From NCBI GenBank assembly GCA_013239625.1, contig MU054323.1, forward strand, positions 3,646,161-3,710,160: DNA of 64,000 nt. The letters run 5' to 3'. Each line of letters begins with the position of its first letter. Positions within the stretch are counted from its first letter, which is position 1. The position numbers and the translations under genes were made by a program. The notes under the pieces were generated by a model. The model was not told the origin of the DNA and made no database searches. It saw nothing but the letters and a program-made list of their open reading frames with translations. Below, in pieces: positions 13,143 to 25,783 of this stretch. The stretch is from Lama guanicoe. Lineage: Eukaryota.

Positions 13143-14448
13143 CTAGGCAAGAGGGGAGGGGAAAACATGGCAGATGGAGAGCCAGCCATGGAGGCCCAGA
13201 TGTGGGGTTGAGCAGGGAAGGTGCAGCGGCCACAAAGAGGCCAGTAGGCTCAGAGCGAGGGAGGTAGAGGCTAGGTGTGCAAAATGGGGCCACATCACAG
13301 TGGCTGCAAGTGGCAGACAGTGGGCAGAGGTGGCCCTGAGGCTGCATCTGGAAGGTGGAGCCATGTCTTGAAGAAAGCTGGGCTTGGGGATTATTGTCCT
13401 GACTGTTCCTGGGGCCAACTGGCAGGGTGAGGCTGAGGGGAGTCCAGAAGGGTCCTGAGTAGAGAAGATAGGAACCTGGCAGTCAAAGGGGATGGGAAGA
13501 GGATGAAGTGTGTGTGGATTTGCAGACAGACACCAAGTGAGCTGAGTGGGGCTGAGAGCTACAGGGGCCAGGACAGGGACATTAGAAAGGGGAGCATGTC
13601 TGGTACAGGAGAACGTGCCAATCTGGGATTAGACACACTTATTTCCCCCCCGAGTGCATGCCTAAATCGTGCACGCTCGGCCGTAAGGGGATATAGCGAA
13701 GTGCTCACTGCCAACTCGGGTACAAGGCCCCACTGTCCTTCACAAACATTCTGGAGCACACACTGTGGGCCGAGCACTGTGATAAGCACCAGGGAACGAC
13801 CCAAAAGCAACATTCATTTAGTGCTATTGGGCACCAAGCTTCCCCAAGGAGAGAGCCACTGAATTGGGTTTGCAGGGTGATAGGAGTGTGCCATGGACAT
13901 CAACTGGGACATGGGTGGCCCAGTGTGGGCTAAGGCGAGGGGACTCCAGGGAGATTAAGAACTGGGGACACTGCAAATTGATGTTCTTTTAACATTGGTT
14001 CATTACTTATGTGGGGGTTGGGGCTGAGAGCTGAGTGGGAGGAAAGGAGAAAGGGAACACTTTCTGTTGGCCTGAGCAGGGCAGCACTGGCCCCACACTC
14101 GGAACACTTGGAAAGACCAAAGGCCTGCAGAAAGTTCCCCAACCATCTGCCGGGGCCGAGTGTGATTCGTAAGGCCTCCCCAAGTATCTTGTCCAAGACT
14201 TCCCGTGAACCACATGCAGTGTTCTTCCTAGGAGAAGCTCTCGTCTATGCAACCTTCCCGTCTCCTCGCACAGTTCCTGTGATGTGTCAGAAGTTGTAAT
14301 ATAGCACCAATGTGGTGGAAGGGGGCATGGGGATGAAGACTCTTCGGGCTGAAGGAGGGCGCATCTGGGAACTGTCAGGATGCTTATCCATGGCTGGTGG
14401 GTAGGCTGGAGGTAGAGATGGGCAGGAGGTGTAACACAGGTGCCTTAC

Positions 14449-14643
14449 ATGCATGCTGGCCGTGTCAGAACCACCAATGAGGCCTCTTTCTTCAAATCTC
14501 TGTGTTTTTGTGGCCAGGGGTGATCACGGACTTGCAAAAGCTATGGTAACGTGTCCAATTGCTCATAATGATCTACCAGGCTGTGAACCTCTCAATGGAA
14601 AAGTCAGTGCTGTGTCATTTCCCCTTAGGTAACTTGCCGGTCC
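14449..14643 (-). pseudogene. Putative fossil exon
   Basis: ttcttcctgtgctccttgccag| ... |gtaagg; 195 nt. One frame reads EVHSLVDHYEQLDTLP*LLQVRDHPWPQKHRDLKKEASL. Confidence 0.4.
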
Positions 14644-15771
14644 CTGGCAAGGAGCACAGGAAGAAGGCTCAGGAGCAGGGCTCCCGAATCTTGGACGGCA
14701 GTGTAGGGCAGAGGTGGAGTGGCAGCCCACTGGGAACAGTGTCTCTTTCCCAGTGCCTGTGGTCCCACCTGCGGCCTCTCAGCTGCTCTGGGCTTGTCCT
14801 TAGGGGAGGGATGGGCGCAGAGGAACCTTGGTCCCAGGGGTTTCCGGGACCAATTCCTGGGCTCACTATACCTCTCCCTGTGGGCCTGGATTTCCCACCC
14901 CTACAGTGTTTCTCTCTGCACTGTGCTCTGAGCAACTGCTCACCATGGTAACCAAACAGATGGGAATCTGGCTGAAGGGGGCAGTGACACCATTCTTAGG
15001 CCTTGGACTGACTGGGTGGTTCTTTCCCAGAGGTTCTGGAAGGTGGCCCCACCCACCACCTGCATCCGGAGGAAAGGTGAGCCTTCCAGGGAACACATTC
15101 AGGCCCTGAGTCTCTGGGAGGTGATTCAGAATAGAAGCCGAAACCCATTCAGAGCTCTGAGGGAATGAAGGAAAGAGAGGAAACGCCATCAGTGAGGGCG
15201 GCCGTGAGCCAGGCAGTGGCACAGGTAAACGCATGCATGCCCACAACAGCTTACGAGCATCTCATATTATAGAGGAGGAAATTGAGGCCTAGAAAGGTGG
15301 AGTAACTTGCTCCAGGCCACAAAGTTGGTGGGTATGTGGCCGTGTGACTCTGGAGCCCTGCTCTGTACCAACCGGTGGGTGTACTTTAAACCACAACAAC
15401 AAATAACGGCAGTATCCAAGTTCCAGGACTGAAGTGGCCTCAGTACCACATGGCTCTTTGTTTCTGAAATCCCTGTGGAATCCAGCCAAGTGCAAAGTCC
15501 AGCCCTTATTCCCTCCCAACCCCCACAGGCTAAGCCGGGTCTGGCCATACACCCCTGACCCCAGCCCTCGACTTCCTGCCAGGCCCAGGTTGGCCCCCCC
15601 GGGATGCTCCAAAGACACTTGTCTGGAGCTTTTCTTGAGTCCAGGAAACTCCACAGGACACAGCTGAGCCTGGGCGGCCCTGCACGGCCACGTCTGGAGC
15701 GCACGAAGCAGGGGTTTCCCCGGGCTCCGTGAGCGCGGGGTCCTGGCTGGCTCTCTCTGCCCAGCACCTAC

Positions 15772-16171
15772 CCCTGCCTCCGGGAACTCTCTCAAGGCCA
15801 GGGGACTCGGGCTCGGGGCTGTTGGTGGGCGGCGAGCTTCCCGGGACTGTCCAGTGACAGGGCTTCCCCAGAACGTGATCTTCCTCGATGAGATCATCTT
15901 CCCTTTCAGGCTGGGCCGGGAGCTCCTCAGGCACAACAAAGCAGGCGCAGGAGATATCCTGCATGACTCACTGGTGGGCCCTGCACCGGGGGGCTTCCGG
16001 CCCTCAGGAGAAACCAGACAGAGGGCCATTGTTTGCCCCGGAAGCCCCCGCTGGCTCTGCAGCCTCAGTGGGGCCATTTGGTTTTCTGCCTGGTTCTCTG
16101 TCACCGCAGTCCTTCTAGGGGATGGGGGCCACCATATCCAGTCATCCACCCACAGTCCCACAAGAATGCTC
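15772..16171 (-). pseudogene. Putative fossil exon (CpG-rich)
   Basis: cccttgtcctgtcag| ... G|gtaggt; 400 nt, phase 0 to 1, four stops; contains VMQDISCACFVVPEELPAQPEREDDLIEEDHVLGKP. Confidence 0.45.
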
Positions 16172-16347
16172 CTGACAGGACAAGGGCCAGGCCTGGGAGG
16201 CAGCCGACCTCCTCTCTCTCCCTCTTAGCTTAATAAAAAGTGAATAAAAAGGGTATGGATCAGCAGGGGAGACAGCTGCAGATCTGTTTCTATTATCATC
16301 TCTCCAGATGGTTATCTAGGGCAGAAGCACCCTGATCCCACACCCAC

Positions 16348-16498
16348 GCTCCTCCTCAGAACTCGGCCCACACTCAGGGACACAGGCCGGAGCGGCTGGT
16401 GCGGGAGGCCCGGGCCTGGTGTTCCGCGCTGGGCGAGCCGGGGAATACGGAGAGGAGAGCTGAGCAGCTGCCCCTGGGTTTGGACTGAGCTGGGGGCC
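16348..16498 (-). pseudogene. Putative fossil exon (CpG-rich)
   Basis: Long pyrimidine tract ttttttcttttttccctttgcggttcctaag|, donor |gtgggt; 151 nt, phase 2 to 0; APSSVQTQGQLLSSPLRIPRLAQRGTPGPGLPHQPLRPVSLSVGRVLRRS. Confidence 0.4.
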
Positions 16499-16544
16499 CT
16501 TAGGAACCGCAAAGGGAAAAAAAGAAAAAAATCATTTTCTTAGA

Positions 16545-16820
16545 AGAATCAAGGGATATACAGGAGAATTCATGAGAAGGGAAACCCAGATGACCAAGAA
16601 GTTCACAAAGAGGTTGTCAACCTCACTAGCTATCAGAAATGCAAATTAAAACGGTGAGATGTGATTTTAGACCCATGAGATTGGCAAAAATCACCAAGAC
16701 AGATACTATTAAGTGCTGGTGGGGTGTGGAGAAGAGGGAGCCCCTAAGAGCTGCTGGTGAGAGTGAGCCCCAAGCAGGTAAGTGATGAATTTTTATAGAA
16801 AATCATTACGCAAATTCAAT
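16545..16820 (+). mobile_element. Old L1 ORF2 3' fragment
   Basis: caacctcactagctatcagaaatgcaaattaaaac...agattggcaaaaat. Confidence 0.65.
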
Positions 16821-17166
16821 ACAGACAGACCTGCAATAGGAATCCCACCTCTGCTGAGCTCAGCCCAAGGGCACCACCAGGCCCCTGGGTACCGCTGCAG
16901 AGAGTACATCCCCTGGGAAGTGTCCATCACACGTACTCCTGGTGACATCTTTCCCCTATGTGCAGGCTTTCTTCAGCAAAACCTGGAAACCAGGCCCTGG
17001 TGAGAGCTCTCACCCCCAGCCCATCCTGGAGCCAGCTCGTGGTCCAGCTGTTGATGCTGGCCCAATGGGGACATGGAATCAGGACTCTGACCCTCAAGAA
17101 GGCAAGATACCCCAGTCCCTTTCTGTGCTCCAGCCTGGCATCCTAACCTTTCTGCCTCACCGCCGG

Positions 17167-17775
17167 TATTAGTTTTCTATTGTTGTGTTAAAAATTACTA
17201 CGAACTCAGCAGCTTCAAACAACACACATTTCTCATCTCATCTCTGGGGTCTGGATGTGGCTTAGCTGGATTTTTTGCTCGGGGTCTTACAAAGCTGTAA
17301 TCAAGGCATGAGCTGGGCAGTGTTCTCCTCTGGAGGCTCAAGAGAGGAAGACTCTGCTTCTGAGTTCATGCATTTCCCTGCAGCTGCAGGAAGGATGCCC
17401 AGCTCTCTTGCTGTCAGCTGGAGGCCACTCCCTGATCTTAGCAGATGTCTGAGGTTCCTTGCCAGGTGGGCTTCCCTGACACTGTTGCTTACTCCATCAA
17501 GCCGGCAAAGGGAGGCTGTCAACCTGGGAAGGGCTCCATCCCTCTTTTAAGGGCTTTCACCTGATTAGGCCAGGCTCACACAGAATAATCTCTGCTTCGA
17601 TGAACTCAGAATCAACTGATTCAGGATCTTAATGACACCTGCAAAATCCCTTTCCCTTTGCCATATTCTGTGAGGTGGGGCAAGTCCCAGGGCCCACCCT
17701 TACCCAAGGGGAGGGAACTATGGATTGAACACAGAGCGGGAAATCATGGGGCCACACTGGGGTCTGTCCACCAAC
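17167..17775 (-). mobile_element. MLT1-type LTR
   Basis: tattagttttctattg...aaacaacacacattt...ttaatgacacctgcaaaatccctt (reverse MLT1 motifs). Confidence 0.7.
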
Positions 17776-20700
17776 CTGCCTGACTGCCTTCCTGAAGGGA
17801 GAAGCCTCAGGCAGCACAGGACAGCCCAGGGAGACACAGACTTCCCAGCGCAGGGTGGGGCAGGGCAGGGCTCCAAACCTCTGACCGGAGGGAGGGTTGA
17901 CAGGGATGAAGCTGGAGTGCTTGTCGACCTGGGGTGTGGAGGAGGCTGAGAGAGAAGGATGGATGGGAAAAGAGGACCTGGGAGGAAGGTTGGCCTCTTG
18001 GGCAGCAGAAATAAGTGAGGGAAGGGTGGGGCAGCAGGCAAGGGTGTTGTCTGTGGGTTCCCTGGGATGGTCATTGAATTTCTCCATTTCCAGCTGAGAG
18101 GGCCCCGGAAGGGAGCCCCTCCTCACTTAACGTCAGCCTCTTACATGGGAGCCCTTTTTCTGCCCCGTCACCCTTGCCATCGGGGGGGCCCACACACCCC
18201 TGCTCCGCTCAGCATTCACAGGCACCCAGGAGGTCAGCTAAGGGGCAGCTGGGAGGGCACTGTATGTCCTCATAGAGGGACAGTGGGAGGATTGTCACAG
18301 GGCAGACGTGACCTCAGCCTGCTGGGCTCTGCTCATCCTGCTTCAGGGAAGAACACTGTCAAATAGAAACAAGCACCCACTATGCTGCGTCTCCTCCCAC
18401 CACTGGGTTTGGACCAGGCAGGGGCCCTCTCGGCAGGGTCAGAAGGTCCAACGCCTGGGCCCTGGCCTGGGAGCCCGGGCTTTAGGTCTCTGTGTCCTAC
18501 CGAGGGACAAGGCATGAGGAACTGGTGGCCCGGCAGGCATGAGCCCTGCATCTAGGACCCTGCCCTGCTCCCCTGCCCATCTCATTGCCCAGATCTTGAG
18601 AGCTTCTGTTTTCTCTGCTTCTGTACCTTGACTGCCTTTGATCCCTCTGTGCCTGCCGAGCTGCGGGCTGGATGGGGCATCTTTCTGCTCTGACTGGGCC
18701 AAGGAGGAGTCCCAGGCCTGTGCCACTCACCAGACCCTGGGCTCTGGGTCTGCAGCAATGTCCTCTCACATTCTGGCCTACTTGCCACTCACAGCCTAAC
18801 CGGAGAGCTCCCAGGGCCAGCTCCACCCACCCCGGAACCAAGACCCCCAGCCTCTGCTGATGCTCTAAGCAAGCAAGATTTTAGAGCAAGACACATGCAG
18901 TCAGAGGAAGGGCCCTGGCACTGGGGATACCCCTCTGAGCCATTCTGGACCTGGCTTTCTCACGCACCAGGCCTTGGCACATGCCGATCCACTGCATCTG
19001 ACTTTTGTACGCAGACCACAGAAATTAGCTTTGACTAATTTACTTAGAAAAGGATTTTCATGGAAGGATGTCAGGTGGCTCACTGGATTATCAGGATGGC
19101 TGGAGAAATGGGCTGGGAACAGGCAGGAACCAGGGAGTGAGCAGAGCTGGACAGAATCCCCCACGGGGACGGCAGGCTAGGACCTGCCACCCCTCGGTGG
19201 ACACTGCTGGATTCTCGAGTCCCTTCAGCCTCTCTCTGAAGCCTTGTATCATGCCCTCCAGAGTCAAAGCCCCAGGGAGAAGGGTTTGACTGGTCAAGAG
19301 TAAGTCCCAATCATCACTCTGGCCAAGGAGCGAGGAGAGGATGGCAGCCCCCATCATCTTCTGTGGTGGGAGGAGGTGGGCTCGGCTTCCTGGAGAGGCC
19401 CTCCACCAGAGGAAGGGTGTAGGCACCACATTCTCAGGTTAGCTCCCCATCTTGGCCAACACTGGGGGCTCAGTACTGCCAGGGTGCACCAGACTATGCC
19501 GCAGGGGTTGAGGTCCCCCTGACTTGTCTCAGGATGGCTGGAAGGCAGGTCACTCTTTGGACCTGGCAGTGCACTATATGGTGACAGCAAGTGACTGTGC
19601 CTTGTCTAATCCCAGAACTGGGCCCCCAACCAAGCTGCCCAGGTCTCTGCTTCATGCCAAAGGTCCTGCATCTCTGATCTGTGTTCTATTACTCGGAATT
19701 TCGGACTTTTTCCATATTTGGTACCTGACTCACAGACTTAGGTTTAACTTAGTGCTTAGCTCCTCTAGCAAACGGCCACCCTCAGAGCCATCAAATGAGG
19801 GCTTTCTTCTGTGATTTTCAAAGATTCCCCATTAACTTGCTTGTTGGCACTGAATAAGGACACAGAGTTGTGTCCCCAGAGAATCCCTGGCCTAGGCTGG
19901 GCTGGGCTGGGGGTGAGCAACCCGGAGCAGCAGCCTCCCAGTTGCTGCCCTTGAAAGTGGCCAGCATCCGGGCCAGCAAGAGAGAGACTGTTCTCGCAGT
20001 CCCAGACCTACAGGCATCTCTTCTTTTCACTGCTCAGGACACGGGCCTGGGAAGGACTGGGCTGCCTGTCCCCGCCTCAGCTCTGCTCCGGCCTCCCGCC
20101 CCTACTGACTCGGCCTGCTTGCTCCAGGGGTCTGAGCGCTGAGCCTGAGCATGCAGTGGGGTCCGGCATCCCCACCCCTCCAACACCGTAAGGCTCTAGG
20201 GGCCCACGTAGTCGGGGAGCAGAGCCAAGAGGCTGCAGCTGTAAGAGGTTGTTCCTTTCGAGCCTGTCCAGACCCTGACAGAGGCTCAGACCCTCGGAAG
20301 GAGCAGAGGACCCCCAGGGCTTCTTGGATTGGCCAGCTAGCTGCCCACCTTAGGATGAGGAATTTGCCCTCCAAGTGAGGGGATCAGATTGCACATTCCT
20401 GGGGCCTGAGTCACTCCTGGCTTCTGCTCCAGCGTTCAGGAATGTGTTTATGCTGCCGGCTGGGAGGGCAGCTGAGGGCCTAAGAGGGATTGCACAGGCC
20501 CTGTGTCTGTTCACTCCATATCCGGCTGGCTTGGGTGAGGGATGAGGGGCTCTCTCAAGGATGGGGGTAGAGGGCAAGGCTGTGACCTCCAGAGCTACTG
20601 TGATGACGTTCTGTGTGGGCCCCAGAGGACCAGAGGAGGGGAGGGCCAGACTCAGGCTGGAATGGAAGCGTTTGTCTTGTCCAGAGCTGGCTTGAACTTG

Positions 20701-21139
20701 ATCCCAAGGGACAGAGAGTGGAGAGTGGCCAGTCCAAGCAGAGCCTCCCCTGCGGTGACCCTGGGAAAGGAACTTGCTACCCCACCATCTCCTTCCGTGG
20801 AGGACAACCTCCCAGAGCGTGCAGAGGGCTTGGGGCAGCTCTGGCTGCTCCGGGCTTCGCCTTCAGAGTAGTGGCTGTGAGTCCCAGCCCCTCACCTCCG
20901 CCCCATCCAGGGCTCTCTTTTTCTGTCTCTGATGTGGGCCACGCAGCTGTGGAGAGAGCCCACACACACTTCAGCATCACTGGCTGCTGTCATATTCAGG
21001 TAGGCCCTGCGCTAAGGTCTTTACACAGTGCGGCCCTGGTTTGCCTAGGACAGTCTTGGGATGCTGAACGATTATTAATAATGACTCCTTGCACTCTCAG
21101 AAGTGTCCTGCTCTGAAAGATAAGTATATGTTTGCCCAA

Positions 21140-21330
21140 ATTTTATAGGTATTGTTTTATTTAATCCCCACAATGCCCTACAAGAGGGAAACTGCTAATA
21201 GCCACGATTTTATGATGCAGAAATAAAGGCTTAAGGAAGATAAGTAACTTGCCCAGGGTCATAGTTAGAAGTGGCAGATCCAGAAACCGGGGCCTCAGCT
21301 CGTGACTTCAAAGCCCTGTGCTTCGCCACG
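21140..21330 (-). mobile_element. MIR SINE
   Basis: tttaatccccacaat...taagtaacttgcccagggtca...agaagtggcaga. Confidence 0.65.
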
Positions 21331-22329
21331 ACACCAAACTTTCCCTACTAAAATCCTTTGATGCTTTGAAGGACTGAGAATCTAGTATCTCCAAATAGTA
21401 GAGAAATAACAATTAATTAAAGTCCTGGAGTTATCTTGGCTCTCTCCCCAGCCCCACACTTTGGCCATCTTTGCCAGGTTGTTCCCTCTCTGAGAGATGG
21501 TGTGGACAAATCTGATTTGCTTCTTGGCAGCGGCAGCGTCATTAAGCATCATTACTATCAGATGAACAAGCATCATGGCACCACCTGCGTGCCGGGTGTT
21601 GCACAAGGTATGATCATCTTATGCTCCCACTGACCCTGCAAGTTGGGCATTACGGTCCTCCTTCCATGGAAGGAAAGTCCAGAGGGCATACATCTGGGAG
21701 GAGGCAGAGCTAGGTCTAGAACTTGGGATCCTAGCTTTGAGCTGAGGGAACTCTCCCCGGTGCACCATTTTAGTGCATGCACTACAGAAGCACGGTATGG
21801 GTTGCCATTTGGGCTACAAGGGAATGTGGTTCCAGCAGGCCTATGGCAGATAAATGGCTAAACCACATGTAGGGACCCACAAATCCTCAAGGCCCCCAGG
21901 CATGCTGGCTACCAAGGAGCCAAGGTCATCTTGCCCAAAAGGACAGAAATAAACCCTTTGAGTTGGTCTGACCATACACAGATGAGCTTCACTTGAGGAT
22001 ACATTACATTCAAGAGGTTTTCACATAGTATTTTCCCTTCTTTGGTGGGAAAGATCAGATGTCTTTTAGAACAGAGAATGGCTACATTTCAGGTGGAGCA
22101 CAAGCCATGGCTGAAGCCCAAACCTCCCTGCTGCAGTTTCTGCACCCAGAGATCGTCACACTGTAACATAGAGCCTCTTCCCCACCAACACGCTGGCCTC
22201 AGGGGAAGAAGAAATAAAAACAAGCACATTCCAGATGCTCTAGGGAAAATGGGATTTGGGAAAAGGATGTTTGTTCAAAATCTACCAAAAATAGAGAACC
22301 AAGAAGAGGAAGAAGCAACCTCTTGACCC

Positions 22330-23150
22330 ACTTGAAAAAGCTATTTCCGGGACGGACTTCCTAAGTAATGGACCATGTCCAAAAAGAAAAGCCAATGGCT
22401 TTGACAATGTAAAAATGTACCGCTTTGCTATAAAAACCATCAAAAACAAACATAAAAGTAATCAACACACTCAAACACATATGCCACAAATGTTACAAGG
22501 GCAATGGATAGAGAGCTCATTAAATGATTTTTGCATAAATTCATCAAAACCTTGTTAGAAAAACAGGCAAAGGAAGCAGGTGATTGACCCTTCCAAATTT
22601 TAAAATGGCTTAATAATTATGAACGTTTTTGTTTTGTTGATAATCACATAAGTTATGATTCTGAAATACCATTATTTGCCTTTTGGATTATAGGATTTGC
22701 TTTACTGGTATTGCCATAAGCTGGTACAGACTCACGGCACCGGCCCTCTTAGACCTGCGCTGGTGGCAGCCTGTAAATAAGCCAGGGGTGTCCCTTCTAG
22801 GAACACTATCACAGAACGTATCAAAGCTATTTAACTAGGACACTTAAATACCTGGGCATTTTCTCTGAGGAAATAATTAGAAATTCAGACAAAAATTACA
22901 GACAAAGATGGTCAAGAAAGGGAATGTGCAACAGCAAAAAACGGAAGTCCAGGTGTTCCAAAATAGGTAAATAATTAATATATTATAGTACAGCTATGTG
23001 ACGACACGGCCCTTCAAAATGGTATTATTGAAGCATGTCTGTGCAACGGGAAAAGAACTATGAAACATTAAGCAGCAAAGCAATGATATGATCCCAATGT
23101 TAAAAAGCATATGTACTTATATGAATGACACGGCCGTAGAGAAACATGAC
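22330..23150 (+). mobile_element. Degraded old L1 fragments
   Basis: A-rich stretch with L1 ORF2/3' end remnants (e.g. ttctctgaggaaataattagaaat, tgttccaaaataggtaaat). Confidence 0.45.
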
Positions 23151-23376
23151 AACCATCAACCACGTAAACCAGTGGCAGGAAGAGTAAGTCATGCTGATGT
23201 CCCTTCAGGCACGATTTCTGAAGCATATAAGCTGGGACTATCCCCTGCCCTCCGAGGGGCAGGTACGCATGTCATGAGACCATTTCATTTTTCAGAAGAT
23301 GGAGGCGGGACTGAGCATGGGGCAGGAGCTTGAGGGAAGGTTCTCTGTGCTTTTCTATATTTTCAAAAATTTATAA

Positions 23377-23470
23377 GGGAGAAGGGTATAGCTCAGTGGT
23401 AGAATATGTGCTTAGGATGCACAAGGTCCTGGGTTCAATCCACAGTCCCTCCATTAAATAAATAAACAAA
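23377..23470 (+). mobile_element. tRNA-Ala-derived SINE (camelid vic-1-like)
   Basis: gggagaagggtatagctcagtggtaga (A box) ... ggttcaatcc (B box) ... ctcca plus a (taaa)n tail, in an AT-rich target. Confidence 0.8.
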
Positions 23471-24861
23471 TATTTATATATCAGGTTTATATTACGTCCA
23501 TAGTTGGAAAAATGATAAAGGTTACTTTAAAAATAATATGCATTCTTTCATTTCTTACTAAAGGAAAAGGTCATCTGAGTTATTTCAAATCAATTTTTCC
23601 ACTGGCAGCTCACAAGCCGGAGGGTCCCAGCTCCCTCATGGGAGTGTAGTGTGGCCCGGCATGGGGCCTGGCAGTCTGTCTGCCCCTCCTCTGCGTGCCC
23701 TCAGAAAGCAAGTTGACCAATAGGCACGCAGGGCAGATCCACAGGATATCTCTCCTAAGGGGGCTTTCCCTGGGTCCCTTTGGCCTCAGTGCTGCTGCAA
23801 GGTCCCAAGCTCAGGTAGGCTCTACATTCTGAGAACCTGACTTCTCCAGGTGAGGGCTGCCAGGTGGAGAAAGGCCGGGGTGTCCATCTCATAACTTCCC
23901 TTGGGGACCAGATGCTGCCAATCAAGGCAAGGGACCGAGGACCAAAGCCACTGTTACCCAGTGCTGTCCTCTCCGTCCCTGTCCACCCAGGCACTGAGTG
24001 TTCCTCCTGAGGCTCCCCTCCTCAGCCCTAACTCCACCCTGGGGCCACAAAAGAAGACCCCAACCCCTCCTGGATGGATTCAGCATTTGTGGACGATGAG
24101 CACATCACCATCAGAGCCTTCTCTTCTCCAGTTGTCACACCCAGTTCCTCCAGCCCTTCCTCAGGCAGCCCCTGAGGGTCCTCACCTACTTGCTCTCAAC
24201 TGAACACACTGCAGGATCTGACTGCGTGGGGTAGAGCCAGGCTCCAACCTCCTCATTCTGGACGCTAAACACCCACTGAATGGGACCTAAATGGTGAGTG
24301 TTCCTGAAGGTTCCTCATGCATCCCCTCCTGTAGAGCCTGCTGTCCACCAAACTCCCAATCCACGGGTGTCCGGGAGGGTGACAGCATCAGGGCCAGTGC
24401 CCAGATCAGCTCTGGGGACCTGCTCCTTGTGGACGCAGCGACCTCAGGAGGTCGTCTGAGCTGCAGTGTTGGACTCCACGACTGCACTAGGAGTCAGGAG
24501 ACCAAGTCGGCCTCTGTCTTTGCCTCCAAGTCACCACTTGATCTTGGTGAGACTCTCAGCTTCTCTGTCCTCCATCTGCTCATCTCTAACACGAGGCATT
24601 AGTTCTGCTGCCTGCCTCTTGTGAGGACCTACGCAGGCTGTGTAGACCGGATCAGTGGTCTGTAGGATCCATGCGGTCTCTGAGGGAGGGAGTTGATTCC
24701 TGGACTTAACGGCCAGCAGCACCTGGAAGCCTCCCCTTTCCCTGAACCCCAGGCCATCTCCTCGGGGCCCTCCAGCGCTCTCTGCCTGACCACAGAGTTC
24801 CGTAGGCTTTCGCTGGGTCCTCAGCTGCTTCAGCTGTTTGGTAGCTGCTAACGACCCTCAC

Positions 24862-25080
24862 CCTCTTGTGCCCCAAGCTCTGTTTGGGAGACATGGAGTT
24901 ACTGGGAGTGGAGAAACATTCCAAAGGCTCTGGAAGGACTTGAGCTCCTCTCTGGGAGTGCCGGGGCACGTCCAGAGCACTTGTCTGGTTGCTCTGCTCT
25001 GGCTCCCCTTGGAGGTGGGGGTGAGCACTGCCACAGGCTACTGAGGGGCCTATCTGGACCAGACCCATCTCTGGTTGACC
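24862..25080 (-). pseudogene. Putative fossil exon
   Basis: tctatgtccag| ... AGG|gtgagg; 219 nt, phase 1 to 1, one stop. Phase-compatible with 25420 upstream and the acceptor at 24486 downstream. Confidence 0.35.
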
Positions 25081-25419
25081 CTGGACATAGACTGAGGGAC
25101 AAGGCCTTGGATGCGGGGGCAGGTGGGGAATGATGTGGGGGGGCAGTGAGGGGATGATGTGCAAAGAAGTCTGGCAGCTGAGGCTGTCCGATTTCCAAGT
25201 GCCACGATGAACCACATGTGTTATCTTGAAGGTAGATCCAAAAGCCTCAAGTTCCAGGATCACAAACACCCTGGACCCTGACATGTAAAAGACGGAGAAT
25301 TCTAGGTGCCGTACATCTTATGGTTCTGAGACGTTGTTCTTAGGATCAGCATGCCCTGGCTGCCCTCCTCCACAATAACACGTTCCATACAAACCCAAGG
25401 GGGCCCTGCCTCGCCTTAC

Positions 25420-25783
25420 TTGAAGCCAGCCACTTCTGCCCGGATGGTGCACAACAATACTGTCGCCAGGAAACCAGGGTTGAGTTCTCCAAAGGGAGGT
25501 GCTTATCAGTCACCCCAGAACAGGGCCTGCGCACACTAAACATGGTCCTGGAGAAGCTCAGCAGCTCTGTCTGGCGCGGCGCTCCCAGCACAGGATGCTC
25601 TCCCTGGGCGGGTCCCTGGGGAGGTTGGGAGCTGGAGTCAGCCTCGCCCCAGGACAGGCCCTAGTTTTTGTGAAGGAGACACTTCTGCAGGTCACAGAGG
25701 TTAACGTCCCCCTCGTGATGATGACAAGGGCGGGGCAGGCCACTAGGTATGTCCCTGAATCTCTGCAGCAAGTACAGCAGCCT
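25420..25783 (-). pseudogene. Putative fossil exon
   Basis: cctccctgtag| ... CAA|gtaagg; 364 nt, phase 0 to 1; 121 codons with one stop: RLLYLLQRFRDIPSGLPRPCHHHEGDVNLCDLQKCLLHKN*GLSWGEADS...GQKWLAS. Confidence 0.5.

Noticed and set aside
13706..13732. Twister ribozyme-like string cactgccaa...ggtacaaggccc
   Set aside because: It lacks the upstream UAA cleavage motif and the 3' pseudoknot partner, so the resemblance is probably chance.
15289..16161. 290-aa ORF as an intact single-exon gene
   Set aside because: It has a GTG start, its 3' end runs into MIR-like sequence, and the splice-consistent protein-like frame is a different one.
19500..20010. Further fossil exon(s) at 19.5-20.0 kb
   Set aside because: The reading looks coding-like after a weak acceptor, but I could not fix a consistent frame or donor, so it is not listed as a feature.
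23377..23452. Functional tRNA-Ala gene
   Set aside because: The acceptor and anticodon stems are degraded and an A-rich tail follows, which fits a SINE.
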